Below are positions 20,060 through 29,961 of a DNA stretch of 64,000 nucleotides, piece by piece. The notes under the pieces were generated by a model. That model did no database searches. It had not been told where the DNA came from and saw only the letters and a program-made list of their open reading frames with translations. Source of the stretch: Candidatus Binataceae bacterium (GTDB taxonomy: Bacteria; Desulfobacterota; Binatia; Binatales; Binataceae). Positions within the stretch are counted from its first letter, which is position 1, and each line of letters opens with the position of its first letter. The position numbers and the translations under genes are program-made. The stretch covers positions 86,754 to 150,753 of the forward strand of contig JBEKJC010000006.1 of NCBI GenBank assembly GCA_050011435.1. Reading direction: 5' to 3'.

Positions 20060-21469
20060 TCAGGAGGTCCCGCCCTTGGGCGAATGGCCGGGATGGGGCG
20101 ACCGGTCGCCCTCGTGATGTTCGCCCGCTCCGGCCGCGGCTTCGTGGGTCTCGGCGGCCAGGTGATTCGCGTCGGCGAGATTGCCGTTGGGCGACGACCC
20201 CGTCGCTACAGACGGATTCACGTGAATGGCCGCGCCCCCATCGGCATGGCTTTCTTCAGGCACAGGCGTGGCGCTCGATGGCCGCGCCGCATGACTTGCA
20301 TCAAGGTTCTCGCGGGCGAGTTTTTCGGCCCGCTCGGACTTGTCGCTCTTGCTGAACCGCTCGATCTTGCGCTCGGGATTGGCCTCGCGATGGAGATGGA
20401 GCCGGTCCCGCATACGCGCAAACATCCCGCGCAGACCCTTGCTCGAGGGCTTCGAGATCATGGTCTCGGGACTGTGCGCGGCGAGAATCTCGATAATGTC
20501 CGAATTGACGTGGCGCACCAGCGCCTCATTGGCGGCGGCACGGATCGCGTTGCGAATCGCCCGCGCATTGGACGAGCCGTGCGCAATTATCGCGACGCCG
20601 TTGACGCCGAGCAGCGGCGCTCCACCATATTCCGCGGGGTCGAGCCGCTCGCGCACAGCCGTCAATTTCTTGCGCACCATCAGATAGGCCAGGCGCTGCA
20701 TCATTCCGCTGGAAAAGATCTCACGCAGATTCCCCAGCATAAACGCGGCGAAGCCTTCCATCGTCTTGAGCGCGACGTTGCCGGTGAAACCGTCTGTCAC
20801 CACCACGTCGGCCTTGGCCCGATTGATGTCGCGGCCCTCGACGTAGCCGATGTAGTTGACGTGCGGCGCCATCTGGGTGAGCGCATGGGCGGCGGCGCGG
20901 GTGAGTTCGGTGCCCTTGGACGGCTCTTCGCCGTTGGAGAGAATACTGACGCGCGGGTTCACGCATTTGTGCACGCGATGAAAGTAAACGCTCCCCATCA
21001 CGCCGAACTGCATCAGGTGGATCGCCTTGACGTCGGTGTTGGCGCCCGCATCGATCAGCAAAGCAAAGCCCGCGGTGGTCGGAACCAAGGAGGCGATTGC
21101 CGGGCGGTCAACGCCGGGCAGCGTGCCCAGGATCGCCATCGCGGCAGCCATCATCGCGCCGGAATTGCCCGCGCTAACAAAGCCGTCGGCTTTGCCCTGC
21201 TTGACCATTTCGAGGCCGATGTGAATCGAAGAATCGGGTTTGCCCAGCACCGATTCCAGCGGCAAGTCGTCCATTGCGACGACTTCACTGGCGTGTTGGA
21301 TCTCGATCGCGAGGCCGCTGGTATTGTGCCCGGCGAGTTCGCGCGCGATTACGTCGCGGTCGCCCGCAAGCACGATCTCAATCTGAAAGTCGCGCGCCGC
21401 GAGCACGGCGCCTTCGACAATCGCCTTGGGGGCGAGATCACCCCCCATCGCGTCGAGCGCGATTTTCAC
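20060..21469 (-). CDS. plsX: Phosphate acyltransferase PlsX with ~125-aa His/Glu/Ala-rich disordered C-terminal tail
   Basis: MKIALDAMGGD...PlsX core of ~340 aa. The ORF continues into a low-complexity tail rich in H, E, A, S, G (HLHREANPERK...GEHHEGDRSPHPGHSPKGGTS). Confidence 0.85.
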   Translation of the reverse strand: MKIALDAMGGDLAPKAIVEGAVLAARDFQIEIVLAGDRDVIARELAGHNTSGLAIEIQHASEVVAMDDLPLESVLGKPDSSIHIGLEMVKQGKADGFVSAGNSGAMMAAAMAILGTLPGVDRPAIASLVPTTAGFALLIDAGANTDVKAIHLMQFGVMGSVYFHRVHKCVNPRVSILSNGEEPSKGTELTRAAAHALTQMAPHVNYIGYVEGRDINRAKADVVVTDGFTGNVALKTMEGFAAFMLGNLREIFSSGMMQRLAYLMVRKKLTAVRERLDPAEYGGAPLLGVNGVAIIAHGSSNARAIRNAIRAAANEALVRHVNSDIIEILAAHSPETMISKPSSKGLRGMFARMRDRLHLHREANPERKIERFSKSDKSERAEKLARENLDASHAARPSSATPVPEESHADGGAAIHVNPSVATGSSPNGNLADANHLAAETHEAAAGAGEHHEGDRSPHPGHSPKGGTS

Positions 21470-21486
21470 GATTGGGCCTCTGCCAC

Positions 21487-21666
21487 CTACTCCTTGGCGG
21501 TGGCGAGTTCACGCCCCCGATAGGTCCCGCAATGTCCGCAGATGCGATGGGGCATGGCGGGCTCCCCACAGTTGGGACAGGCGATCGGGTTGACCGGGCG
21601 CAGCGCGTCATGGGAGCGGCGCATGTTGCGCTTGGATCGGGAGGTGCGGCGTTTGGGTGCTTGCAT
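21487..21666 (-). CDS. rpmF: 50S ribosomal protein L32
   Basis: Not in the ORF track (59 aa). Translation MQAPKRRTSRSKRNMRRSHDALRPVNPIACPNCGEPAMPHRICGHCGTYRGRELATAKE matches bL32. Canonical yceD-rpmF-plsX order. Confidence 0.85.
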   Translation of the reverse strand: MQAPKRRTSRSKRNMRRSHDALRPVNPIACPNCGEPAMPHRICGHCGTYRGRELATAKE

Positions 21667-21750
21667 GGCGGTTAACTTCCCAGGGCTAAAATGATTGGCG
21701 TCTCACCAAATGGTTCGCAAATGTAACGCAAGTGGAAACGGATGCGCGCG

Positions 21751-22290
21751 CTAATTCGGCCGGCGGAGCTTGATCGAACGCAGCGCACTCAGGCGCGCGT
21801 CGGCGCTTTCGATCACGCAGCCGCAATCGCGCTCGTTAAGATTCGCGCCGCATCGCGGACACAGCCCGCGGCAATCCTCGCGGCACAATGGCCGGGTCGG
21901 TAGCGCGAGCAGCATCTGTTCACGAATCAGCGGCGTCAAATTGACCTCTTCTCCCTCGTACAGCGAAAACTCGAGGTCCTCCGCGCGGAGATCGGCTTTG
22001 CCATCGTCACCGATCGAGCGCGGGGCCAGCACATAACGGAAACTGCGGCCGCTCGGCGCGATAAATTCCTCCGCACAGCGCGCGCAGGTGGCTACCGTGG
22101 CCGCCGTCAGTTCACCGCGAAAGAACAGTTCCGTGCCGGCTCGATAGTACGACAGCACAACACTCACCGGTCCTTCCAGGCGATATTCCCTGATCGGTCC
22201 GAGGCCGAGTGCGCGGTTGATCTCGCCCTCCGGCTCGGAAAAGGCGATTTCCCTCGCATCGGCCGTAATATCATCTACCCGGAGCTTCAC
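21751..22290 (-). CDS. yceD: DUF177 (YceD-family) protein
   Basis: C-terminal CxxC...CxxC pairs (CARCAEEF; CPRCGANLNERDCGC) and a location upstream of rpmF. GTG start at 22290. The longer ORF overlaps nth and is R/S/P-rich. Confidence 0.7.
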   Translation of the reverse strand: MKLRVDDITADAREIAFSEPEGEINRALGLGPIREYRLEGPVSVVLSYYRAGTELFFRGELTAATVATCARCAEEFIAPSGRSFRYVLAPRSIGDDGKADLRAEDLEFSLYEGEEVNLTPLIREQMLLALPTRPLCREDCRGLCPRCGANLNERDCGCVIESADARLSALRSIKLRRPN

Positions 22291-22403
22291 GGCCTCAAAC
22301 GCCCCCTGTGGTCCCGGGCGCGACCGTCGATTATTACACGTCGTCGAGTGAGGTCCAATACGCCGCGCGGACGCCGAATCCGGCGCGCCGACGGCGCTCG
22401 GAA

Positions 22404-23135
22404 TCACTCGGCGGGAACCGCTTTGCGGCGGCGAACGCGAAGGTTGGCGGCGACGCCGACTTGCGGACAGTCGGGCAGCAGCGCGCAATCGGTGCAGCGC
22501 GGACCGCGCGCGAAACAGACGCGGCGCCCGTGCAGGATCAGCCGCATCGAAAAGCCAGTCCATTCGCTCGGCGGCAATAGTTTTTGCAAACCGAGCTCAA
22601 TCTTTTCGGGATCCATCTCGCGCGTGAGACCGAGGCGGCGCGAGAGTCGGCGCACATGCGTATCGACCACCATCCCGGGCTGCCCGTGGATGTGGCCGAG
22701 AATGACGTTGGCGGTTTTGCGTCCGACGCCTGGCAGCGTGACGAGATCCTCCATGCGTTCGGGCACGTTGCCGCCGAAGCGCTCGACGATCGCGCGCGCC
22801 GCCGACTGCAACGACTTCGCCTTCTGACGGAAGAAGCCGGTGGTCACAATCAACTCCTGGATTCGTTCGAGCGGCGCCGCGGCCATCGCGGCAACGTCGG
22901 GGATTTGGCGGAACAGTTCGGGCGTGACGCGATTTACGCGCTCATCGGTGCATTGAGCGGAGAGGATCGTCGCCGCCAGGCATTGCCACGGCGTTTCGAA
23001 ATCGAGGCTGATGCGCGCGGCGGGATAAAGTTGCGCGAGCGTCGCCGCGATGCGGCCTGTCCGCGCGAGCAGCGCGGCGCCGGCATTGCGCGGAGTTCGC
23101 GCGCGCATTCGCTTAGCGGTGCGCCCATCTGTCAT
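22404..23135 (-). CDS. nth: Endonuclease III
   Basis: HhH-GPD (LPGVGRKTANVIL) and [4Fe-4S] CX6CX2CX5C (CFARGPRCTDCALLPDC). Confidence 0.85.
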   Translation of the reverse strand: MTDGRTAKRMRARTPRNAGAALLARTGRIAATLAQLYPAARISLDFETPWQCLAATILSAQCTDERVNRVTPELFRQIPDVAAMAAAPLERIQELIVTTGFFRQKAKSLQSAARAIVERFGGNVPERMEDLVTLPGVGRKTANVILGHIHGQPGMVVDTHVRRLSRRLGLTREMDPEKIELGLQKLLPPSEWTGFSMRLILHGRRVCFARGPRCTDCALLPDCPQVGVAANLRVRRRKAVPAE

Positions 23136-23166
23136 CTAATGCGGGTACGGAACTCACGCGCGCGCC

Positions 23167-23772
23167 TCAGTCTTCGGGCTCTTCCTGAAAGGAGTAGCGC
23201 TGCTCGGTCCACGGGTCGCCATGATTATGGTAGCCGCGAACTTCCCAGAAGCCGCGCCGGTCGTGAATCGTAAACTCGATCGCGCGCACCCACTTGGCGC
23301 TTTTCCAGCCGTAGAGCTTGGGCACCACCAAGCGCAGCGGAAAGCCGTGGTCGGGGTCCAGATCCTTGCCGTCATGGCCCCACGCGAGCATCACGTCGTC
23401 GTCGAGAAATTCCTCGAGCGTGAGATTGGTGGTGTAGCCGCCGTCGCACAGGACAATAACGTGGCGCGCCTCGGGCTTGAGTTTGACTTGCCCAATCAGG
23501 TCGCGGACCCTGACGCCTTCCCAGCGATTGTCGTAGCGCGACCAGGTGGTGACGCAATGGAAATCCGAGACCTGCACGGTCCGGGGTAGTTGGCGCACCT
23601 GATCCCAGCCGAGCACCAATGGCTGCTCGACCTGTCCGATAATGCGGAAGTCCCACTTCTGCGGGTTGAAGCGTGGCGTCGGTCCGTAGCTCAGGACTGG
23701 AAACTGCGCCGTCAGGTACTGGCCCGGCGGAAGACGGTCTCCCGCCTCCTTTCGTGTAAGCGGCTTCGCCAT
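23167..23772 (-). CDS. Sulfite-oxidase-family molybdopterin-binding oxidoreductase (cytoplasmic, YuiH-like)
   Basis: Oxidored_molyb-type Moco domain (SDFHCVTTWS with the conserved Cys ligand). No signal/Tat peptide. Confidence 0.75.
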   Translation of the reverse strand: MAKPLTRKEAGDRLPPGQYLTAQFPVLSYGPTPRFNPQKWDFRIIGQVEQPLVLGWDQVRQLPRTVQVSDFHCVTTWSRYDNRWEGVRVRDLIGQVKLKPEARHVIVLCDGGYTTNLTLEEFLDDDVMLAWGHDGKDLDPDHGFPLRLVVPKLYGWKSAKWVRAIEFTIHDRRGFWEVRGYHNHGDPWTEQRYSFQEEPED

Positions 23773-23897
23773 AGGGTTGATACATAGCGAAGCGACGACT
23801 TGAGCGGAAGAGTTACGCGCGTGTTACCCCGGATTTCCACCTCCGGCGGTGGTTTGATTCTGGTGCGTGAGTTCAAAACCGGGCTCGAACTTCGCAT

Positions 23898-24626
23898 TTG
23901 CAAATTACCTGGAGTGGAGCGAATCTGATTCAGGATTTCAAAACGGAAAAGCCATTGGAGCGAACCGTGAGCAAGATTTACAGCGAAGGGCATCGTGCCT
24001 TGCAGGAGATGTTTGATACCTCACGCCTGGCCGATCGTGTGGAAGATCTGATCGTCCGACCGGAGATTCCGGACGATAGCAAAGGCTTTATCGAAAGCCG
24101 CGATATGTTCTTTCTCACCTCAGTCGATCACCGTGGTTATCCAACTTGTTCTTACAAAGGGGGAGCGCCCGGCTTCGTCAGGGTGGTGGATCCCAAGACC
24201 ATCGTTTTCCCAAGCTACAATGGCAACGGCATGTTCCTGTCCATGGGCAATATTATCGGCAACAACAAGGTCGGCATGTTGTTCCTGGATTTCGAGACGC
24301 CGCATCGCGTGAGGGTGCATGGCGTCGCTGTGGTCGAGAAGAACGATCGGTTGCTGGCAGAGTTCGCGGGTGCGGAACTTTTGGTCCGCGTCACGGTCAC
24401 AGAAACGTTCATCAATTGTCCGCGCTACATTCACAAATACCAGCGCCTGCAAACCTCCATGTATGCTCCCCAGGCAGGTTGCGTAGCTCCGCCACCCCCG
24501 CAGTGGAAGCGCATCGATGCGATTCAAGACGCACTGCCGGAGCGCGAAAGAGGCATTGCAAAGGAGATCGGGGGAACCATCACCTTCGAAGACTACGGGG
24601 CCCTAGTGATTAAAGGCGAGGGCTAA
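23898..24626 (+). CDS. Pyridoxamine 5'-phosphate oxidase-like FMN-binding protein
   Basis: PNPOx-like split-barrel motifs (FLTSVDHRGYP, VGMLFLDFETPHRVRVHG). Start may be the internal MFDTS. Confidence 0.6.
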   Translation: MQITWSGANLIQDFKTEKPLERTVSKIYSEGHRALQEMFDTSRLADRVEDLIVRPEIPDDSKGFIESRDMFFLTSVDHRGYPTCSYKGGAPGFVRVVDPKTIVFPSYNGNGMFLSMGNIIGNNKVGMLFLDFETPHRVRVHGVAVVEKNDRLLAEFAGAELLVRVTVTETFINCPRYIHKYQRLQTSMYAPQAGCVAPPPPQWKRIDAIQDALPERERGIAKEIGGTITFEDYGALVIKGEG

Positions 24627-24658
24627 CAACGTTACAGGGAGCCTGCCGGCGCAAATCA

Positions 24659-25981
24659 TCAGTAGTTGACTAATGCGACGAAGATGTCGGCGACGTTGGT
24701 GCCGGTGGGGCCAATGATTATCAGGTCGCCCAGGGCCTTGAAAAATTCGTAAGCGTCGTTACGGCTGAGCGCGGTGTCGGGATCGATGTGCGCCTCGGCC
24801 GCGCGCGCGATGGTTTCGGAGGTGGCGATCGCACCGGCGGCGTCGGTCGGCCCGTCGATGCCGTCGGTACCGGCGAACATTGCCATCACCTTGGCGATAA
24901 CTTTTTTGGTGTTCGGGGGGCCGCCCGCGAGGCTCGCCATTTCGATCGCGAATGACAACGCGGATTGCTGAGCGCGCCCGCCGCGGCCATCGCCTTTGAC
25001 CGTCACGACCGGCTCGCCGCCCGTCACAACGCATACGCGATCGGCGCTTATTTCGCTTAGGTGCCGCGCCAAGGCGCTCCCCAATTCATCGGCCTCGCCG
25101 TCGAGTTCGCGTGCCCCTTCAACCTGATATCCAAGAGCGGCGGCGGCTTGGGCCGCGGCGTTCACCGCCATCCGGTTGTCGCCGACGATCACGTTGGTTA
25201 CCCGCGTCAGCGCCGCGTCACCGGGCTTGACGGTCTCGCTGAATTCGCCCGCGGCGCCGCGCTCGAGGTGGTCGCGTATCGCTTCAGGCGCGCGTCCCCA
25301 AAGGCGGCGGCGCTTGAGCACGCCGACGGCGTCGATATAGGTGGTCGGATCGGCGGCCGTCGGACCCGAACCAATCGTCGCCAAGTCATTGCCGGGGACA
25401 TCGGAGAGAACCAGACTGAGCACCTCCACACCCTCCGCGGTGGCCGCGAGCAGGCGACCGCCTTTGATCGCCGAGAGATGCTTGCGCACGGTGTTCAGCT
25501 CGCGGATGTTCGCGCCGGCGCGCATCAGGCCGGCGCTGATTGTAACCTTGTCATCCAGAGTAACGGCACCGGCGGGAGCCGCGATGAGCGCCGAGGCGCC
25601 ACCGCTCAAGGCGAGCATCACGAGTTCGCCCGGCTGCGCCCGCGCCGCCAACTCCAGAGCCGCGCGCGCCGCCGCTATCGAGGATTCGTCGGGCAGCGGA
25701 TGAGCCGCCACCATCACGCGCGATCGCAGCGGTGCGGCGCCGGCATCAGTCGGAGTGTCGGCGGGCGCGATCACGAGGCCCTCGATAATCCGCTCGCCCA
25801 GCAAATGCTCGGCCTCGGCGGCCATCCCGAGCGCCGCCTTGCCGATCGCGAGGAGCCGGACGCCGCGCGCCTTCGAAACAATCGCGGGGACCGGTTCCGC
25901 GCCGGGGATCGTACCGGTCAGCGCCTGCGCCATCACGCCGCGCGGGGAAACCGCGGCGACCGCAGCAGCATAGATACGCAT
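24659..25981 (-). CDS. Glycerate kinase (MOFRL/GckA family)
   Basis: MOFRL family motifs (LLAIGKAALGMA, GGEPVVTVKG). Start MRIYAAAVAAV; an alternative is M at 26032. The ORF 5' extension overlaps a repeat element. Confidence 0.8.
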   Translation of the reverse strand: MRIYAAAVAAVSPRGVMAQALTGTIPGAEPVPAIVSKARGVRLLAIGKAALGMAAEAEHLLGERIIEGLVIAPADTPTDAGAAPLRSRVMVAAHPLPDESSIAAARAALELAARAQPGELVMLALSGGASALIAAPAGAVTLDDKVTISAGLMRAGANIRELNTVRKHLSAIKGGRLLAATAEGVEVLSLVLSDVPGNDLATIGSGPTAADPTTYIDAVGVLKRRRLWGRAPEAIRDHLERGAAGEFSETVKPGDAALTRVTNVIVGDNRMAVNAAAQAAAALGYQVEGARELDGEADELGSALARHLSEISADRVCVVTGGEPVVTVKGDGRGGRAQQSALSFAIEMASLAGGPPNTKKVIAKVMAMFAGTDGIDGPTDAAGAIATSETIARAAEAHIDPDTALSRNDAYEFFKALGDLIIIGPTGTNVADIFVALVNY

Positions 25982-26084
25982 CAGATCGGCGCGCGCGCGC
26001 GATCGCGCAGGCGGTGAATTAAGAATGGTCATTACAGGAGGATTGTTCGGAAGAAGGGGATGGTGGTCAAGGAACTCAAAACTT

Positions 26085-26272
26085 TGAGATTTTTCTGAAA
26101 CCTCACAAGATTTCAGACTTCCCGTTTGTAGGATGCGGGCTTCGCCCTGTGAAAACTCCATCATCGTTTGGCGCCACATGACCCGGTTCCCGCACGACTG
26201 AGGCATCCTCCCGAGCATCGCGAGCGTCAATACCTGATCGGAAGTTTGAAACCTCGTGAGGTTTCAATGAAA
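26085..26272. repeat. Intergenic repeat element, copy 3
   Basis: CTGAAACCTCACAAGATTTCAGACTTCCC, GATGCGGGCTTCGCCCTGTGAAAA, CCCGCACGACTGAGGCATCCTCCCGAGCATCGCGAGCGTCAATACCTGATCGG, and the perfect hairpin GAAACCTCGTGAGGTTTC. Confidence 0.8.
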
Positions 26273-26288
26273 TAAAGTTTTGGGTTCC

Positions 26289-26993
26289 TCAACGACTCTC
26301 CCGCTCTTTGGGCGGGCGAAGCGTTTTGATGGTGCCGTCGCGCATCGCGACCAGCACGAGGTCGGCGACGCCGACGAAGAGACCGGTTCCGACCACGCCG
26401 GGGATCGCGAGGAGGTCGCGCTCGAGGCGCGCCGGATTGCGAATCTCGCGCACCGCGCAATCGAGAATGAGGTTGCCGTTGTCGCTGACGTATTCGGCGC
26501 CGCCCGCGCTCAAGCGCAACTTGGGCTTGAGTCCGAGCTTCGCGATCCGGCGCTGGGCAAAGGCCAGCGCGAAGGGCACGACTTCGACCGGAAGATTCCC
26601 GCGCGCGCCAAGGCGCTTGACCAGCTTTTCCTCGCCAATCAGAAAGATGCGCTTGCGCGAAGCGGCCGCGACCACTTTTTCACGAACCATCGCGCCGCCG
26701 AGCCCCTTGATCATGTGCAGGCACGGATCGACTTCGTCGGCACCGTCGAAGTCGGCGGCGAGCGATGGCGCGTCGCGCAATTCCACCAGATCGAGCTTGA
26801 GCGAACGCGCCAGATCCGCACTCGCCTGCGAGGTCGCGACCCCGCGCACTTTCATACCGCTCGCGCCGAGCGCGCGGATAAACGCACTGGCGGCGCGACC
26901 GGTGCCGAGTCCTATGGTCTGCCCATCCTTGACGTAGCGCAGCGCGTGGCGTCCGAGCGCGTCAAGCGCGTCGGGATGGGTCGAAGGCTTCAT
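26289..26993 (-). CDS. rpiA: Ribose-5-phosphate isomerase A
   Basis: GLGTGRAA and KGLGGAMVREK motifs. Confidence 0.9.
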   Translation of the reverse strand: MKPSTHPDALDALGRHALRYVKDGQTIGLGTGRAASAFIRALGASGMKVRGVATSQASADLARSLKLDLVELRDAPSLAADFDGADEVDPCLHMIKGLGGAMVREKVVAAASRKRIFLIGEEKLVKRLGARGNLPVEVVPFALAFAQRRIAKLGLKPKLRLSAGGAEYVSDNGNLILDCAVREIRNPARLERDLLAIPGVVGTGLFVGVADLVLVAMRDGTIKTLRPPKERESR

Positions 26994-27015
26994 CGATGGT
27001 CGATTCGCTTCGCGC

Positions 27016-27591
27016 CTAGCCCTTCGCGTTGCGCAGCAGGTTCATGAACTCCTGACGCGTTCCCTGATGGGTGCGAAAAACGCCGAGCATTGCCGACGTG
27101 GTGACGTACGAATTCTGTTTTTCGACCCCGCGCATCCGCATGCACAGATGTTCGGCCTCGAGCACGACGGCGACGCCGAGCGGTTCGATTTCATCCATGA
27201 TGGTGTGCGCGATCTGGGTGGTCATCCGCTCCTGCACTTGCAATCGCCGCGCGAAGATTTCAACCATCCGTGCGATCTTCGAGAGCCCGACGATGCGCCG
27301 GTTGGGCAGGTAGGCGACGTGCGCCTTGCCGAAGAACGGCAGCAGGTGATGCTCGCACAGCGAGTAGAAGTCGAGGTTCTTGCACAGGATCATCTCCTGG
27401 TACTCTTGCTCGGTGAAGAGCGCGCCGTTGATGGCGACCTTGGGATCCTCGTGATAGCCGCGCGTGAGAAATTCGAGCGACTTGGCGACGCGCAGCGGCG
27501 TGCGCTCGAGTCCCTCGCGTTGGGGGTCTTCCCCGCAATACCTCAGGAGGACGCGGATTGCCTCCTCGACGGATGCCCGATCTTCAGCCAT
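27016..27591 (-). CDS. folE: GTP cyclohydrolase I
   Basis: [18 protein letters not shown] active-site motif. Confidence 0.9.
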   Translation of the reverse strand: MAEDRASVEEAIRVLLRYCGEDPQREGLERTPLRVAKSLEFLTRGYHEDPKVAINGALFTEQEYQEMILCKNLDFYSLCEHHLLPFFGKAHVAYLPNRRIVGLSKIARMVEIFARRLQVQERMTTQIAHTIMDEIEPLGVAVVLEAEHLCMRMRGVEKQNSYVTTSAMLGVFRTHQGTRQEFMNLLRNAKG

Positions 27592-27617
27592 GGTTGCTCC
27601 CTCTGGGCCGGCGCGGT

Positions 27618-28520
27618 TCAGTCACTGGCCGGCCTCTGCCGGCGGGTCCATTCGAGCGCGAGCTCGATTGCGAGCGAGGGTCCGCCGCCGCTCATAATAT
27701 TGAAGCCCGCGACCTCCCCGGCCAGCGTGCTCATCAGGGCGATGTTCTGTGCGATCGACATCCGCCTCGCATCCTCATCCGACATCCCGGCGTAACGGTC
27801 AAGATGATGGGCGGCTGCGCTCAGGTCGGCGATGCGGTCTTTGAGGTAATTGGCCATCGCTTCGCGCTTGACCGGCAGGATGCCGAGAATCACCTTGAGG
27901 CCGCATGCGCGCGCCTTTTCGATAAAGGGCAGCGCCGTCGCCGCCTCGAACACCGGTTGCGTGATGACGAAGCGCGCGCCCGCCGCGGCCTTGCGCTCGA
28001 GCAGTTCGAACTCACGGCCGATCGCCTTGCGATTGGGATTGCCGACGACTCCCGGCAGGAGACGAGGCAGGGTTTTCAGCAGGCGTTTGCCCTCGCCGGT
28101 ATCGCCGCGATTCAGATCCGCGATCATCTGGAGCAGGCCGAAGGTATCGAGGTCGTGCACCGGCTGCCCGCCCGCCCCAGCGGTGGGCGCGAGCTTGTCG
28201 CCTTGCAACGCGACCACCGCGTCGATGCCAAGCGCCGCGGCGCCGAGCAGGTCGGCCTTGAGCGCGAAGCGATTGCGGTCGCGGCACGAGACGTTGAGCA
28301 CGACCGGGATGCCCAGGCGCGCCTTGATCATCGAGCCGAACACCAGCCCCGACAGCTTGACGTGACCGAGCGCGTTATCGACCAGATTGATGGCGCCGAC
28401 GTGACCGCGCACCGCCGCCAATCGAGCGAGCAGCGAATCCACGGCGATGCCGCGCGGCGGCGAAGTCTCGAGCCACAGGGCCGGCGCGGCGCCCGCGAGC
28501 GAATCGATCAGGGCGGTCAT
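27618..28520 (-). CDS. metF: Methylenetetrahydrofolate reductase-like protein
   Basis: TIM-barrel MTHFR-like signature ([31 protein letters not shown]). May be a divergent family member. Confidence 0.7.
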   Translation of the reverse strand: MTALIDSLAGAAPALWLETSPPRGIAVDSLLARLAAVRGHVGAINLVDNALGHVKLSGLVFGSMIKARLGIPVVLNVSCRDRNRFALKADLLGAAALGIDAVVALQGDKLAPTAGAGGQPVHDLDTFGLLQMIADLNRGDTGEGKRLLKTLPRLLPGVVGNPNRKAIGREFELLERKAAAGARFVITQPVFEAATALPFIEKARACGLKVILGILPVKREAMANYLKDRIADLSAAAHHLDRYAGMSDEDARRMSIAQNIALMSTLAGEVAGFNIMSGGGPSLAIELALEWTRRQRPASD

Positions 28521-28701
28521 CGGATTTCTTCCAGGAATGCTTCCGGCAGCACCCGCGTGATAAGCGCAGCGTTCAGCGCTGGCGTCGTGAAGCAGCGGCT
28601 CGCGCCAGTCACGATCGGCAGGCGGAAAAAGCAGGCGCGGTGGCGCGAAAAGATTGAAGTCATGCGACAGGCTCGCGGGGGCGGCGAAGGGGGAATTGCG
28701 C

Positions 28702-29736
28702 TCAGGCTTTGAGCCGTTCGTTGGCCTTCACTTTCTGATACTTGCGATAATCGTAGCCGGTGGCCATCGCCATCAGGAGCGCTTCCATGCCGCCCTCCTT
28801 CTCGCGCCTCAGCACGCGCAGGCGGTCGAAGAACTCGCGGAAATCCTTGTCCACACGCGCCCCGCCGGCGGTCGGCTTGAGGAAGAAGTCATGCAGGCGC
28901 GTGACGGTGAAACGCAGCGAGGAATAGCGCAACTCGTTGGGAAAGGCGTCCCATTCCGCGAGCGACAGCGTGCGCACCGATTCATAGCCGCGCAGCAGGT
29001 AGCGAAAGCGATCGAGCGAGTAGCCGCCATCGACGAAGCACAGCGCGTTGACGGCGGTCGCGATATCGAAGATGAATTTGCCGCGGCAGGCGGCCTCGAA
29101 ATCGAGGACCGCGGTAAGTTTTTCGCCGCGAAACAGCAGGTTGTCGGCGAACATATCGCCGTGGATTATGCCCTTGGGCAGCTTGCCTTCCAGATAGCGC
29201 GTGAGGTACTCGATTTCGTCCTCGAGCGTGCGCATGGTTTTGCGGAAGTAATTGGGCAGGCGGTCGCGCACAGTGAGGTAGAGGTCGGCGATGCGCTCGA
29301 AGCTGAAGCGATTGTCGATACCCTTTTTGTAGCCCTTGCCGATCACGTGCAATTCGCCGAGCGTGCGCCCGATGGTCTCGAGCTGGGTCGGACGCAGGCG
29401 TGCGGCTACCAGGACGCGGCCCTCATTGTATTTGTAGAGCGAGACACACTTGCCCTCGTAGTCGCGATAGTAACGGCCCGTCCGGTCCTGCATCGGATGG
29501 GGGCATGGAAAGGCATGCTTGCGGAGGAACGCCAGGAGATCGATCTCGCGGCGGACTTCGCTCTCGCTTTTGACCTCGTCGACGCGCAGCAGGAATTTGC
29601 CCTTGGCAGTTTCCAGCAGGTAGTTGGAATTGACCGAGCCTTCGGGAATGCCGGCCACTGCGCCGAGCCGCCCGAAGTTGTAGTCGTTGGCGAGCTCTTC
29701 GAGGAAGGATTTGTGGAGCTCGGTATAGACTGCCAT
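28702..29736 (-). CDS. Homoserine kinase type II-like / aminoglycoside phosphotransferase-fold kinase
   Basis: APH-fold motifs HGDMFADNLLF and DFE. Confidence 0.7.
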   Translation of the reverse strand: MAVYTELHKSFLEELANDYNFGRLGAVAGIPEGSVNSNYLLETAKGKFLLRVDEVKSESEVRREIDLLAFLRKHAFPCPHPMQDRTGRYYRDYEGKCVSLYKYNEGRVLVAARLRPTQLETIGRTLGELHVIGKGYKKGIDNRFSFERIADLYLTVRDRLPNYFRKTMRTLEDEIEYLTRYLEGKLPKGIIHGDMFADNLLFRGEKLTAVLDFEAACRGKFIFDIATAVNALCFVDGGYSLDRFRYLLRGYESVRTLSLAEWDAFPNELRYSSLRFTVTRLHDFFLKPTAGGARVDKDFREFFDRLRVLRREKEGGMEALLMAMATGYDYRKYQKVKANERLKA

Positions 29737-29961
29737 TGAAATGAGTTCGGTTTCTGGAATCCGCCGCAAGTCTAGGGCCGAATCGGCGGTTCGTCAACTA
29801 CGGATCGCGGGAAAAGCACGTTCGATCGCGCGATTTCGTCGAGGTCAGCCTATCATCGACCGTCGTTAGAGTGGCGAATCGGTTTGCGGCATAATCTCGT
29901 ACCGGAATCGCTACATCCAGTCTGCGAGAGACCGTAAAGCGTTTACCGGAGGATCCGACCG

